A DNA stretch of 64,000 bases from a bacterium (GTDB lineage: Bacteria; Patescibacteriota; Patescibacteriia; JACPHY01), in NCBI GenBank assembly GCA_030647005.1, contig JAUSKG010000021.1:27105-91104 (forward strand), given 5' to 3'. Shown here one piece after another: positions 1-11,775 of this stretch. The translations under genes and the position numbers were made by a program. The notes beneath the pieces are model-generated. The model was not told the origin of the DNA and made no database searches. It worked only from the letters and a program-made list of their open reading frames with translations. Numbering within the stretch: the first letter of the stretch is position 1; the number at the start of each line of letters is the position of its first letter.

Positions 1-7
1 GTGCATT

Positions 8-83
8 CGGGCTATAGCTCAGTTGGTAGAGCGCTTGCATGGGGTGCAAGAGGCCGTCGGTTCAAGTCCGGCTAGCCCGACCA
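8..83 (+). tRNA. tRNA-Pro(GGG)
   Basis: Cloverleaf CGGGCTA...TAGCCCG-A-CCA; anticodon arm CTTGC-ATGGGGT-GCAAG; T-loop TTCAAGT. Confidence 0.97.
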
Positions 84-116
84 AGTTACAACACGAGCGT
101 GTAGCATTTTTTCGTT

Positions 117-364
117 CGTCATTGCGAGGAGTCCCGAGGCAAGCTCGGGATTCCGGCTTGCCTCCATCTCGCAACGTCGGAGTCCGCGCTTCGCGAAGGA
201 GGGTAGCTTTGAGCGAAGGAGGAAGTCGAGAAATCTCACTTCCCCCCTTCGTCATTTCGAGCGAGTCCGCGAGTCGAGAAATCTCGTTGAGCAGGAGGAC
301 GTCGCTCGTGCTGTTGGACGAGATCTCTCCACTCGTTCGAGGACTCACTCGGTCGCAATGACGG
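117..364. repeat. Cluster of CGTC-type palindromic (REP-like) repeats downstream of tRNA-Pro
   Basis: CGTCATTGCGAG..., CGTCATTTCGAGCGAGTCCGCGAGTCGAGAAATCTC (250-285; exact reverse complement of 47305-47340), GAGATCTCTCC...GTCGCAATGACG. Confidence 0.85.
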
Positions 365-468
365 AGAGGGAGGAGAAGGGGGAAGAGGGGTGTGATGATC
401 CAAAAAGAAGAGACCCGCCAGAGGTCCCCAAGGACATGGCGGGTCAGTTGAAGTGTCGTGCGTGCAGT

Positions 469-750
469 TCACGCCTTGGAGGCGTTCACCGCGGCGATGA
501 TCAGCTCGGCATCTGCGCGCGACGAAGTGCTCGCGACGAGATCGCCAAAGCGATCCAGGACTGCAAAGTCGCCACGACCGAGACCTCGATCACGGAAACC
601 GAGCTCCCATGGACGAGGATGGGCTGTGAAGTAGCCCTTGCGTTCCAGCAAATCGTGTGCTTCTGCGGGCGTCACGTTCCCTTCCGCTTGCATGGCCTCC
701 AGGAGCGGCGGCCTTCGTCTGTCCACGTACGATTCCGGTGCGTCCTGCAT
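469..750 (-). CDS. Hypothetical protein
   Basis: ORF with GGGAGG upstream of the ATG; no recognised family. Confidence 0.55.
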   Translation of the reverse strand: MQDAPESYVDRRRPPLLEAMQAEGNVTPAEAHDLLERKGYFTAHPRPWELGFRDRGLGRGDFAVLDRFGDLVASTSSRADAELIIAAVNASKA

Positions 751-889
751 GGTCCCACCTCCCGATTTCTTACATTTTTCGTGTGTTCCCTGGACTCGCA
801 TCAAGAATAACAGATACGAGCATGAAAGTCAATAGCTGCATTGAGAAGTTGACTATGCGATGGAGAATTCGCTCAGCTCATGCACTCGG

Positions 890-918
890 TTGACACCGCG
901 GTCTGTTTGTGGTATGGT
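890..918 (+). promoter_or_regulatory. sigma70-type promoter
   Basis: TTGACA-17 nt-TATGGT with extended TGn, upstream of the ORF at 1002. Confidence 0.6.
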
Positions 919-1001
919 GAATAGTGATCTTTGTAAACGGCGGCCGCCTCCTGCGCATGGTGCGTGAGGGTGCGAAAACCAAGACCGAAGGAGGTATTAT
1001 C

Positions 1002-1859
1002 ATGGCGGCATCGCGTTTTGCTGTCGACGGTGATACGTATTGGAAGATCCGTGGAAAGATGTTGGATATTGAGCGACAGGTGCGGCAGAAGGGTGGATGT
1101 CCGCTCAACCCGCGGCAGTTGCTCGGCGCATTGCAGGCGATTGGTGAGGGTCGCTTCGCACAAGATCCCGCCTCCGCCCTCGTCCTCCCCCAGCGCCCCC
1201 CGCTCATCCACGGAATGTTCGCCAATCTGGAAACCCAGATCGCGAACATGCGAAAGTGGAACGAGCGGCGGAGATGGGGATTCACGTCAGCGGACTTTGT
1301 GCTCGGAGACCCGCCCGCATGGCCAGACGACCGTCTCGTCGCCGTAGTGCTGGTACCCTACCTCCCGGACCACAAGGGAGTAACCGGTATCCAGCGCACC
1401 TTCGACGAGCTGTGGGAAGTTACCTCCCGTCGTCAGCCCAATCGGGACCGATGGAGTGAAGTTCGATCCGACCCGCAGCATCTGACGCTGCTGGACGGCA
1501 TTACCCACACCCCCGGCCTCCGCTGGGAGGTCATTGACCTCGGTGCCAACTGGGACAAGCAGAACGGCATTGCTCCCAACACCGTCCGCTCCCCAGCGTC
1601 ATCTCCCCACGCCGGCATCCTCGCCGCCACAGCCCATCATCCCCGGTGGGTGCGGAAGATGGACAGCACCACCGTTCCATTCGTGTGGGCCCCGGGCTAC
1701 CGCTTAGCGGTTCCCGGCCGCGTTCCCCGCGTGCCGATCGTGGGCTGGAGCCGCGACGAGCGGCTGGTGCACCTGCGCGCGCTCTGGGACGACCGCCGGG
1801 TGCCGGACTACGCTGTTCCCCGTTTTCGTTCGCCGTCTCTCGCAGGGAGTGGCACTTAG
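1002..1859 (+). CDS. Hypothetical protein; probable DGR target with C-terminal CLec-like variable region
   Basis: GGAGG RBS; C-terminus VPIVGWSRDERLVHLRALWDDRRVPDYAVPRFR resembles CPR DGR variable regions. Confidence 0.75.
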   Translation: MAASRFAVDGDTYWKIRGKMLDIERQVRQKGGCPLNPRQLLGALQAIGEGRFAQDPASALVLPQRPPLIHGMFANLETQIANMRKWNERRRWGFTSADFVLGDPPAWPDDRLVAVVLVPYLPDHKGVTGIQRTFDELWEVTSRRQPNRDRWSEVRSDPQHLTLLDGITHTPGLRWEVIDLGANWDKQNGIAPNTVRSPASSPHAGILAATAHHPRWVRKMDSTTVPFVWAPGYRLAVPGRVPRVPIVGWSRDERLVHLRALWDDRRVPDYAVPRFRSPSLAGSGT

Positions 1860-1871
1860 CCCTTGGACTCT

Positions 1872-1929
1872 CGGGACTCGGAATACCTTGGCTTCTCTGG
1901 CCTTGGTACTTCCGGGTCCCGTTTCTTTT
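1872..1929 (+). terminator. Long GC-rich hairpin followed by a T-tract
   Basis: CGGGACTCGGAATACC-TT-GGC/GCC-TT-GGTACTTCCGGGTCCCG then TTTCTTTT. Confidence 0.6.
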
Positions 1930-2102
1930 GCTACCATGGTGATGTGGGAGAGTACGCATATACGCTGCTGTCCACGGATAGCAGTCGCGGAAATCCTTTC
2001 GACACCTCGCATGGAGCAGCCAGAGTTCCATCATTGCCCGTGCGTAATGGAAGCGTGCGGAGCGAGGCGGTCGAGCACTCCGTGCGTTCCTTTGGAGACA
2101 GC

Positions 2103-2143
2103 GGCCGACTCCAATCGCGCCTTCGCGCACTTCGCGTGGTGAT
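2103..2143 (+). repeat. Diverged duplicate of the rpsG 3' end
   Basis: 41 bp matching 6304-6344 with 3 synonymous mismatches; reads [12 protein letters not shown]. Confidence 0.85.
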
Positions 2144-2164
2144 CGCACTCGTTGGCTAGTGCCT

Positions 2165-2956
2165 ATGGTCAATCAACAACTGCTTGAGTATATCAAGCAA
2201 TCAATACAACAGGGGGTGAGTCGTGAGCAGATCAAAAGCACGCTTATGGCGAACGGGTGGCAAGCGCAGGACGTTGAAGAAGGATGGAATAACGTTCATG
2301 CTCCCAGCGTGTCGCGTGCGCATTCGGTAGCCCCCATGAGCACATCAAGCAATACACTGAAAGTGATTGTAGGCATTATGACGGGCATCGTTGTTGTAGG
2401 CGGTGGAACGTATGTGGTCAGTCAAACAATTTTTAAGTCAGAAAAAATGTCCGACGTTTCTCCTGTCGTTGCGCAGCAGCTACCAACCGAAACACCTTTC
2501 GCAATACCCATCCCTCCTCCACCATCTGAACCAGCACCAACTCCTCCTCAACCATCTGAACCAATACCCACGCAAGTGACATCGCAAAATCCTGAGGTGG
2601 TCTTTGCTGATGCATTGCGTTCTTGTACAAAGCATCGCATGACATTTGAACACCCCTTTACGGGAGAAATGTTAGAAAAAGAAATTTTGGGATTCATGAA
2701 CGAAACGTGCAATTATACTGAGCAAATGCCGAATGGCGGAAAAATGGAGTGTCAATATTCCGAGAGCGAGAGGATTGCTGTCGCTCAATATTACAGAGAC
2801 GTTGCAATAGCGGAATCTGTTGGTACAAGTTTGCGTGCTGATCTCGGAAGCGGTGAACAGCAAACGACCTATACTATCAATGGCAAGGTGGTTGATAATC
2901 CCCTGCAAGAAGCAATGGATAGCGGTGCTTGCGTGATCTCGGGTTACGAAAGTTAA
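2165..2956 (+). CDS. Membrane-anchored hypothetical protein
   Basis: N-terminal YIKQ...SREQIKSTLMANGW motif common in CPR proteins; one TM helix; Pro-rich linker; Cys-containing C-domain; lower GC than core genes. Confidence 0.8.
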   Translation: MVNQQLLEYIKQSIQQGVSREQIKSTLMANGWQAQDVEEGWNNVHAPSVSRAHSVAPMSTSSNTLKVIVGIMTGIVVVGGGTYVVSQTIFKSEKMSDVSPVVAQQLPTETPFAIPIPPPPSEPAPTPPQPSEPIPTQVTSQNPEVVFADALRSCTKHRMTFEHPFTGEMLEKEILGFMNETCNYTEQMPNGGKMECQYSESERIAVAQYYRDVAIAESVGTSLRADLGSGEQQTTYTINGKVVDNPLQEAMDSGACVISGYES

Positions 2957-2966
2957 TATCTTGCTT

Positions 2967-3569
2967 ATGAGGATTGTGCAAGAGCATCCGTCGGTCATGA
3001 TCCTGAAAGATAGCAATGTCATTGCCTTTGCTGCTGGAACATTTTTTCTTTTGGTCGGCATTATCGTGATTGTTGAACCAGATCTTTTTACAAACCAACC
3101 TCCTTTTTGGTTGGGATTTGTTTTCATGCTTTTTGGTGGCGGTATGGTCGTTGGGGGAAAAATAATTACGGTGTATCTTGATAAATCGGCGAATAAGCTC
3201 ATTTTTGTGCAAAAGGGACTGAGTGGACGTAAGCGCAAGGAGTACGATCTCAGTCAAATAAAAGAAGTAGAATTATCCGTAGCATACAATGCTGCAAGCA
3301 AGAGCAAGGGCGGCGGACATTCTTATCACGTCGCATTTGTATGCAAGAGCGGCGAAATAATCCAGCTCAATCCCGGTCATGCGTCTGTCCGAAGATTCAT
3401 GGGACGACAGATCATTCCAGAAAAAATCCTTGGTGTAAGGATTGCCGCCTTTTTAGGTGTTCCATTTCAAGAAAGACGACCCCCGACCGTGCAGGAGACC
3501 TTATCAGCCGTCACTTCTGCAATACAGAACGTGGCCGAGCAAGAGGTGACACAACGAAAAACGTTGTGA
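2967..3569 (+). CDS. Membrane hypothetical protein (2 TM helices plus soluble domain)
   Basis: Two hydrophobic helices; follows the previous gene closely; lower GC. Confidence 0.75.
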   Translation: MRIVQEHPSVMILKDSNVIAFAAGTFFLLVGIIVIVEPDLFTNQPPFWLGFVFMLFGGGMVVGGKIITVYLDKSANKLIFVQKGLSGRKRKEYDLSQIKEVELSVAYNAASKSKGGGHSYHVAFVCKSGEIIQLNPGHASVRRFMGRQIIPEKILGVRIAAFLGVPFQERRPPTVQETLSAVTSAIQNVAEQEVTQRKTL

Positions 3570-3732
3570 TGTTTGATTGACAGCGGCGCGCGGGAAGCTG
3601 GTAGGCATGTCGAGATGTCCTATTGTTTTGCTTCGACATGTTGACGAAAAACGGCGAGCTCGATTACGCTGGAGAGAGGATCGTGCGCTACGGGAAGCGT
3701 AGGCGCGTTTTTCGTTCTTTCACCCGAGACGT

Positions 3733-4323
3733 GTGGAGGATTCCGTGCAAGAGCATGCTGATGGGAAGCGGAAGCGTGTACCGGTACCAATGCGCGTTGG
3801 GAAGATGCTCACCCTCGTGAACGTGACGTACCAGCGAAGCTGGGATGCGGGCGCGGGTGTGTACCAGTCGCGTGCGGTCGTCGTGCTCCACATGGTTGGA
3901 CACGAGGATATGCTCTGTCACGGGATCGGCAGAGCACCTGCGGGGACGATCACCGCCATCGAACTCGCGCTGCGCGATGCGATCAGCAGAGCCAGTGACA
4001 TCGCGGTGCCACCCCCCGAGCTCCTCGCGTTCGAGATTCACGTCGCGTCCGGCAACACCGAGCCGAGTGCTCCGGCGAACGCGACTGCGGAGGTGAGCGT
4101 GGCGGGCTGCAAGCGGCGCGTGCAGATTGACCACCCCGACGGTGCGACCGCTGGCGCACTCCTCCTTTTCGATGTCTACGATCTCCACCTCTTCGAGCGC
4201 TGGAGTACCCTCCTCAAGGGCGCGCACGTCGATCCCCATGAGGTCCTCGAGCGTGTTCGTACGTATCGCAACCGTCCCGTCGCCGGAGATGGGGTGGGGT
4301 TCCCATCCTCCGACCCTCCGTGA
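3733..4323 (+). CDS. Hypothetical protein, possibly a stand-alone LeuA/CimA-type allosteric (dimerisation) domain
   Basis: GIGRAPAGTITAIELALRDAI...ELLAFEIHVASG...ANATAEVS pattern resembles the LeuA C-terminal domain; start uncertain. Confidence 0.55.
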   Translation: MEDSVQEHADGKRKRVPVPMRVGKMLTLVNVTYQRSWDAGAGVYQSRAVVVLHMVGHEDMLCHGIGRAPAGTITAIELALRDAISRASDIAVPPPELLAFEIHVASGNTEPSAPANATAEVSVAGCKRRVQIDHPDGATAGALLLFDVYDLHLFERWSTLLKGAHVDPHEVLERVRTYRNRPVAGDGVGFPSSDPP

Positions 4324-4350
4324 TCGCACTCGCGAGCCCCACGAAACGAA

Positions 4351-4379
4351 AACCGCTCCGATGAACATCGGAGCGGTTC
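4351..4379. terminator. Bidirectional terminator hairpin
   Basis: AACCGCTCCGATG-AA-CATCGGAGCGGTT between convergent genes. Confidence 0.75.
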
Positions 4380-4396
4380 TCTCTTGCGCGTTCTTC

Positions 4397-4591
4397 CTAC
4401 GCCTTTGCCTGCGCCTCCGCGAGGTGCTTCGCGCGCGTACGGAGACAGCTCGTGCAGACGCGCGTGCGCACGCCGTCGAGTCGTTTGCGCACGAGGTTGA
4501 TGCCAAACGTTCGTTTCGTCTTGATGTTTGAGTGGCTCACCGTGTGCCCATTCCCGGAACCACGGCGGCAGACCTCGCATCGCTTCGCCAT
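4397..4591 (-). CDS. rpmB: 50S ribosomal protein L28
   Basis: MAKRCEVC...[19 protein letters not shown]...VCTSCLRT. Confidence 0.95.
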   Translation of the reverse strand: MAKRCEVCRRGSGNGHTVSHSNIKTKRTFGINLVRKRLDGVRTRVCTSCLRTRAKHLAEAQAKA

Positions 4592-4675
4592 ACAGGAGGA
4601 GTACCAATATCCAGCTTCCATCTCCAATGGTCCTACGGTATCATACAGGGAAACGTCGTCAAGTCGGACTGCTCT

Positions 4676-5314
4676 ATGCCCATCACCCTTATCTTCAACC
4701 AGCCAGCAGTTGGTCTCGCGTGGGTCGCAGCCATCCTCGTGGCGCTCGCCATCCATGAGTACGCCCACGCGCTCGTGGGATCATGGCTCGGTGACTCCAC
4801 GGCGCGACACGAGGGGCGACTCACGCTCAACCCGCTCGCGCATGTGGACCCCTTTGGGTTCCTCATGCTCCTCCTTGTGGGATTCGGGTGGGGAAAACCC
4901 GTCCCGTTTGATCCGTCGCAGCTGAAGTACCGCACGTGGGGCCCGGCCATCGTTGCGCTCGCCGGCCCCGCGATGAATCTCATCGGGCTCACGACCGCGG
5001 GTATCCTCCTCGGGGTGCTCGATCGCGTCACCGCGCTCCCGCCGAACAACCTCCTCGTGCTCACCCTCGCGTTCGTCTTCCAGATCAACCTCGTCCTCAT
5101 GCTCTTCAACCTTATCCCCATTCCGCCGCTCGATGGGTCAAAGTTGCTCCTCTCCGCGCTCGCGCACCCTCGATACGACCATGCGCGCTTCGTCCTCACG
5201 ACGCGCGGCCCGATCATCCTCCTCGGTATCATTATCCTCGATCGCGCGATGGGTGGTCTCATCTTCGGTCGTCTCTTCCAGGGCGCCATGGAGCGGATCA
5301 TCGGGTTGTTCTAA
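4676..5314 (+). CDS. Site-2 protease (M50 family zinc metalloprotease)
   Basis: [20 protein letters not shown] and [10 protein letters not shown] motifs. Confidence 0.93.
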   Translation: MPITLIFNQPAVGLAWVAAILVALAIHEYAHALVGSWLGDSTARHEGRLTLNPLAHVDPFGFLMLLLVGFGWGKPVPFDPSQLKYRTWGPAIVALAGPAMNLIGLTTAGILLGVLDRVTALPPNNLLVLTLAFVFQINLVLMLFNLIPIPPLDGSKLLLSALAHPRYDHARFVLTTRGPIILLGIIILDRAMGGLIFGRLFQGAMERIIGLF

Positions 5315-5353
5315 TCGCTACCGCAGGGCGCACCCCCTTGTGGGTGACCACGC

Positions 5354-5382
5354 TTGACGGAGAAAACGGCTGTTGCTACAGT
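5354..5382 (+). promoter_or_regulatory. Probable str operon promoter
   Basis: TTGACG-17 nt-TACAGT with extended TGn upstream of rpsL. Confidence 0.55.
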
Positions 5383-5455
5383 AGTTCCTGAAGGCATGAG
5401 GCACTGCCCTTTGGCGTGCTTCCTTTCATTTGCGGGTACTCCAGAATCCTGCGGT

Positions 5456-5872
5456 ATGCCGACGACGAACCAACTCCTCCGCTACGGACGGAAGGCAAAA
5501 TCGAAAAAATCCAAGGCACCGGCGATGCAGTACGTGTTCAACTCCCTGCGCCGCCTGCGGACCAACCTCCCGAAGGGGAGCCCGTTCAAGCGGGGGGTCT
5601 GCCTGAAGGTGACGACGATGACGCCAAAGAAGCCCAACTCCGCGATCCGCAAGATCGCGCGTGTCCGGTTGTCGAACGGTCAGGAAGTGACGGCGTACAT
5701 TCCGGGCATCGGCCACAATCTTCAGGAGCACTCCATCGTGCTCATTCGTGGTGGCCGCGTGCGTGACCTTCCGGGTGTACGCTACCACATCGTCCGCGGT
5801 GTCTACGACTCCACCGGTGTCGAGAATCGCAAGAATAGCCGGTCACTGTACGGCGTGAAGAAGAGCACGTGA
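5456..5872 (+). CDS. rpsL: 30S ribosomal protein S12
   Basis: MPTTNQL...[11 protein letters not shown]...[13 protein letters not shown]. Confidence 0.99.
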   Translation: MPTTNQLLRYGRKAKSKKSKAPAMQYVFNSLRRLRTNLPKGSPFKRGVCLKVTTMTPKKPNSAIRKIARVRLSNGQEVTAYIPGIGHNLQEHSIVLIRGGRVRDLPGVRYHIVRGVYDSTGVENRKNSRSLYGVKKST

Positions 5873-5875
5873 TCT

Positions 5876-6343
5876 ATGCGAGGGAAACAAGCACCACGAC
5901 GCAGCATCACTCCGGATCCGAAGTACGGATCGGTGACGCTTGCGAAGTTCACCAACTACATCATGAAGCGCGGCAAGAAGACCGTTGCGCAGGGGATTGT
6001 GTACGCGGCGTTCGAGGACGTCGCGAAGCGGAGCGAACAGGATCCGCTTGACGTGTTCGCGCGCGCGCTCAAGAACGTCGCACCGGCAATGGAGGTGCGC
6101 TCGAAGCGCGTGGGTGGCGCGAACTACCAGGTGCCCTTCCCCGTACGCGGTGATCGCCGGCAGTCGCTCGCGTTTCGCTGGCTCCTCGGAGCCACGCGGC
6201 AGCGGAAGGGGAAGTCCATGGCGGCACGGCTCGCGGATGAGCTCCTCGCCGCATCGCAGGGCGAGGGTGCTGCCGTGAAGAAGCGCCAGGACGTCCAGCG
6301 CATGGCCGACTCCAACCGCGCTTTCGCACACTTCGCGTGGTGA
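5876..6343 (+). CDS. rpsG: 30S ribosomal protein S7
   Basis: PDPKYGS...[10 protein letters not shown]...NRAFAHF. Confidence 0.99.
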   Translation: MRGKQAPRRSITPDPKYGSVTLAKFTNYIMKRGKKTVAQGIVYAAFEDVAKRSEQDPLDVFARALKNVAPAMEVRSKRVGGANYQVPFPVRGDRRQSLAFRWLLGATRQRKGKSMAARLADELLAASQGEGAAVKKRQDVQRMADSNRAFAHFAW

Positions 6344-6386
6344 TGACATTCGGTGTTCGCTCCTAGCCCCCTCCTCCCCGTCCCCT

Positions 6387-8474
<2,088 letters not shown>

Positions 8475-8537
8475 GTCAAAAGCGAGCGCGCGGGAGACAC
8501 GCACTTGACGGCCCTTATCCACACCGTATTGTAGACC

Positions 8538-8906
8538 ATGTCAGGACCCACCTCTATGGACCCATCCATGTTCCAGCACCTCTTCGCACTCATCGAGCGC
8601 ACGGGCGACCGGTTGGTTGTCGTAGACCCCGCATCGCGGAAGCCCTATGTGGTCATGGGGCTCGCGCAGTATGAGCAGCTCGTTTCCCCACCATCGCCGA
8701 AGCCGGCTTCGGCGTTCCTCGCGAGCCAGCAGAACTCCGCAAACGAGGATATCGCGGTGTGGCGGGCCATGCAGGAACCGGATGTCGTTGCGCCGGAGGA
8801 GGCGGTAGCGAGCATCCCGATTGGCATGATGGGTAGTTTTGTCCCGGAGCCACTCCAAGCGGCGATCCCGGACGATGACCGCTTCTACGTGGAACCCATC
8901 GAGTGA
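8538..8906 (+). CDS. Hypothetical protein between fusA and tuf
   Basis: ERTGDRLVVVD...YVVMGLAQYEQL...DDRFYVEPIE; start may be 8556. Confidence 0.7.
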   Translation: MSGPTSMDPSMFQHLFALIERTGDRLVVVDPASRKPYVVMGLAQYEQLVSPPSPKPASAFLASQQNSANEDIAVWRAMQEPDVVAPEEAVASIPIGMMGSFVPEPLQAAIPDDDRFYVEPIE

Positions 8907-9107
8907 GGGGGCTTTGGACAGGGTATCGCTTGGGGAAAATCCCTGGACAGTGCCGGTCCTTGCGCGTTTTTTGGGATGTGCTACGATAGTTTTGACACGC
9001 AATTCTTAAAGGTGGAATCGCTTTTTTTATTGCAACTAAGCCAAGAGTCGGACAGTGGTGTCATCAGCGTCATTGCTGCTGCGCCATGAACGTCACCTAT
9101 TCGAAAT

Positions 9108-10298
9108 ATGGCCGAGAAATTTGAGCGAACAAAGCCACACGTGAACGTCGGAACGATTGGTCACGTGGACCACGGAAAGACAACACTCACCGCAGCGCTC
9201 TTGGCGGTGCTTCGTGCGTCGGGACACCGTGCGTCCGACAAGGGTGTTGATGCGATTGACGTTGCACCCGAAGAGAAGGCGCGCGGGATTACGATCAACA
9301 CGGCACACGTCGAGTACGAGTCCGATGCGCGTCACTACGCGCACATTGATTGTCCCGGACACGCGGACTACGTGAAGAACATGATCACGGGTGCCGCACA
9401 GATGGACGGCGCGATCCTCGTGGTGTCCGCCGCGGATGGTCCCATGCCGCAGACGCGCGAGCACATCCTCCTCGCCCGACAGGTTGGAGTTCCGCAGATC
9501 GTCGTCTTCCTCAACAAGGTAGACCAGGTGGAAGATGCCGAACTCATTGATCTCGTCGAGGAAGAGGTGCGCGACCTCCTCAAGAAGTACGAGTACGACG
9601 GCAATGCCGTCACCATCGTGCGCGGTTCGGCACTCCAGGCGCTCGAAAATCCGACGGATGCAGTGAAGACGAAGCCGATCTTCGATCTCGTTGCAGCACT
9701 CGACACGAAGATTCCGAATCCGGTGCGCGAAGTGGAAAAGCCCTTCCTCATGCCCGTTGAAGACGTCTTCTCCATCGAGGGTCGTGGCACCGTTGCAACG
9801 GGCCGCATCGAGCGCGGACAGGTGCACATCAACGAGGAGGTGGAGCTGATTGGTGTTCGGGCAACGGCGAAGACGGTCGTCACCGGTATCGAGATGTTCA
9901 ACAAGATGCTCGATGAGGGTCTCGCGGGTGACAACGTCGGACTGCTCCTCCGCGGTGTGAAGAAGGAGGACATCGAGCGCGGGCAGGTCATCGCGAAGCC
10001 AGGCAGTGTGACGCCGCACACGGAGTTCGAGGCAGAGGTGTACACGCTCACGAAGGAGGAGGGTGGCCGTCACAAGCCGTTCCTCAAGGGGTACAAGCCA
10101 CAGTTCTACATCCGCACGACGGATGTGACGGGCGAGGTGACGCTGCCCGAGGGGACGGAGATGGTCATGCCGGGTGACACGACGAACCTCAACGTGAAAC
10201 TCCTCGTTCCGGTTGCACTGGAGGAGCGACAGCGCTTTGCGATTCGCGAGGGTGGTCGCACGGTTGGTGCCGGTGTCGTCACGAAGATTCTTGCCTAA
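9108..10298 (+). CDS. tuf: Elongation factor Tu
   Basis: [34 protein letters not shown]. Confidence 0.99.
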   Translation: MAEKFERTKPHVNVGTIGHVDHGKTTLTAALLAVLRASGHRASDKGVDAIDVAPEEKARGITINTAHVEYESDARHYAHIDCPGHADYVKNMITGAAQMDGAILVVSAADGPMPQTREHILLARQVGVPQIVVFLNKVDQVEDAELIDLVEEEVRDLLKKYEYDGNAVTIVRGSALQALENPTDAVKTKPIFDLVAALDTKIPNPVREVEKPFLMPVEDVFSIEGRGTVATGRIERGQVHINEEVELIGVRATAKTVVTGIEMFNKMLDEGLAGDNVGLLLRGVKKEDIERGQVIAKPGSVTPHTEFEAEVYTLTKEEGGRHKPFLKGYKPQFYIRTTDVTGEVTLPEGTEMVMPGDTTNLNVKLLVPVALEERQRFAIREGGRTVGAGVVTKILA

Positions 10299-10366
10299 CA
10301 ACGCTGTTCCTCGGTGGGCGCGCAGCGCGCCCACCGCAGGGATGCACACGTACCTTCCTCCCACGC

Positions 10367-10729
10367 ATGCCGAAAGCAAAAGACAAGAAGCAAGCGGCCA
10401 CGACGGCGAGCCCCGAGCGAGAAGAAACATCGCGCATTCGCATCAAGATTCGTGCCTACGATCACAAGATCATTGACGAGTCGGCGAAGACGATCGTGGA
10501 GACCGCGAAGCGCTCCGGTGCGTTGGTGCGCGGGCCTGTGCCGCTGCCGACCGAGCGTCGTCGCTACACGGTGAACCGTTCGCCGTTCAAGCACAAGCGC
10601 GCGCGCGATCAGTACGAGATGCGTATCCACAAGCGCCTGCTCGATATCATGCAGCCAACCCCGAAGACCGTCGAGGCGCTGACGACACTCAACTTGCCGG
10701 CAGGTGTGAATATTGAGGTGAAGATGTAG
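10367..10729 (+). CDS. rpsJ: 30S ribosomal protein S10
   Basis: [15 protein letters not shown]...GPVPLPT...RIHKRLLDI. Confidence 0.98.
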   Translation: MPKAKDKKQAATTASPEREETSRIRIKIRAYDHKIIDESAKTIVETAKRSGALVRGPVPLPTERRRYTVNRSPFKHKRARDQYEMRIHKRLLDIMQPTPKTVEALTTLNLPAGVNIEVKM

Positions 10730-10966
10730 GTGGGAGGAGTGAGTATTCGAGTGTGTGAGTATGCGAGTGGTAGGGAGGTACGCTCCCGACCGTTGGCACG
10801 CTCACATACCGAGTGATCGCGCACGACAGGAGATCGAAGGAAGGATTGAGTGGACCCCGTACGGGCACGCCGCTTGAAAACCGCTTCGATCCATACGTAC
10901 ACGTAGCGTTACCAACTTGCAACGGAGACAAAGACCACGAACAGCACCGCGGAGGAGTTCCCTGTT

Positions 10967-11037
10967 CGTGATGGAGTCGCGCGGGACGGATCCGGAGATA
11001 CTTCGGATCGGTCCCGCGGGCCTCCATCGCGTTTTTT
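10967..11037 (+). promoter_or_regulatory. Long hairpin plus U-tract upstream of rplC (terminator or attenuator candidate)
   Basis: GATGGAG..CGCGGGAC.GATCCGGAG-ATA-CTTCGGATC.GTCCCGCG..CTCCATC then TTTTTT. Confidence 0.5.
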
Positions 11038-11066
11038 CGTTCCACGAAGGCCCGTGGTCGGATCCT

Positions 11067-11684
11067 ATGCAGTTTCTCCTCGCACGAAAACTCGAGATGA
11101 CGCAGCGCTACGACGGTGATCGTTCGGTTCCCACCACGATCCTCGTCGTTTCGCCGTGCACCGTCACGCAGGTGCGGACGGAGAAGAAGGATGGGTACGC
11201 GGCGGTCCAAATCGCATCGGGGGTGCGTCGGCATGTGACGAAGGCGCTCCTCGGTCACTTTGGCGGACTGCACCATCGTACTGCGCGTGAGCTGCGGACG
11301 GTTGGTGTCCCTGATGTCAGCGTTGGCGATGTCATGGGTGTCTCCGTGTTCGCGCCGGGTGATCGGGTGAACGTCGTGGCAACGTCAAAGGGGAAGGGGT
11401 TTGCCGGCGTGGTGAAGCGCCATCATTTCCACGGACACAACGCGACGCATGGAACGAAGGACCAGGTCCGCATGCCGGGGTCAATCGGTGCGGGCGGTGT
11501 CCAGCACGTCTTCCGCGGGAAGCGCATGGCGGGCCGAATGGGTGGGGATCGGATCACGGTGAAGAACCTCGTCGTGGTGGCGGTGGATGCTGAGCGACAG
11601 ACGATCGAGCTCCGGGGCGCTGTGCCTGGCGCGCGCGGAGCACTCGTGGAAATTCGCCCCTACGCGGGGTATTGGAAGAGCTAA
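11067..11684 (+). CDS. rplC: 50S ribosomal protein L3
   Basis: KLEMTQ...DGYAAVQ...SKGKGFAGVVKRHHF. Confidence 0.98.
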   Translation: MQFLLARKLEMTQRYDGDRSVPTTILVVSPCTVTQVRTEKKDGYAAVQIASGVRRHVTKALLGHFGGLHHRTARELRTVGVPDVSVGDVMGVSVFAPGDRVNVVATSKGKGFAGVVKRHHFHGHNATHGTKDQVRMPGSIGAGGVQHVFRGKRMAGRMGGDRITVKNLVVVAVDAERQTIELRGAVPGARGALVEIRPYAGYWKS

Positions 11685-11775
11685 CGCAAGACGTATGCGC
11701 GCGTGCGGATCGTGGGGCCGGAGGGCCGCCTGACGACCGGCATGCGCACAGACGGGAAGCGCGTACAGGAGAGAT

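Noticed and set aside
1849-2142. 97-aa ORF ending in [12 protein letters not shown] as a second rpsG
   Set aside because: Only the last 12 codons match S7. The rest is unrelated and runs through a terminator hairpin.
84-3600. Prophage or integrative element at tRNA-Pro
   Set aside because: There is no integrase, phage structural gene or duplicated tRNA 3' end. The region holds only repeats and orphan genes.
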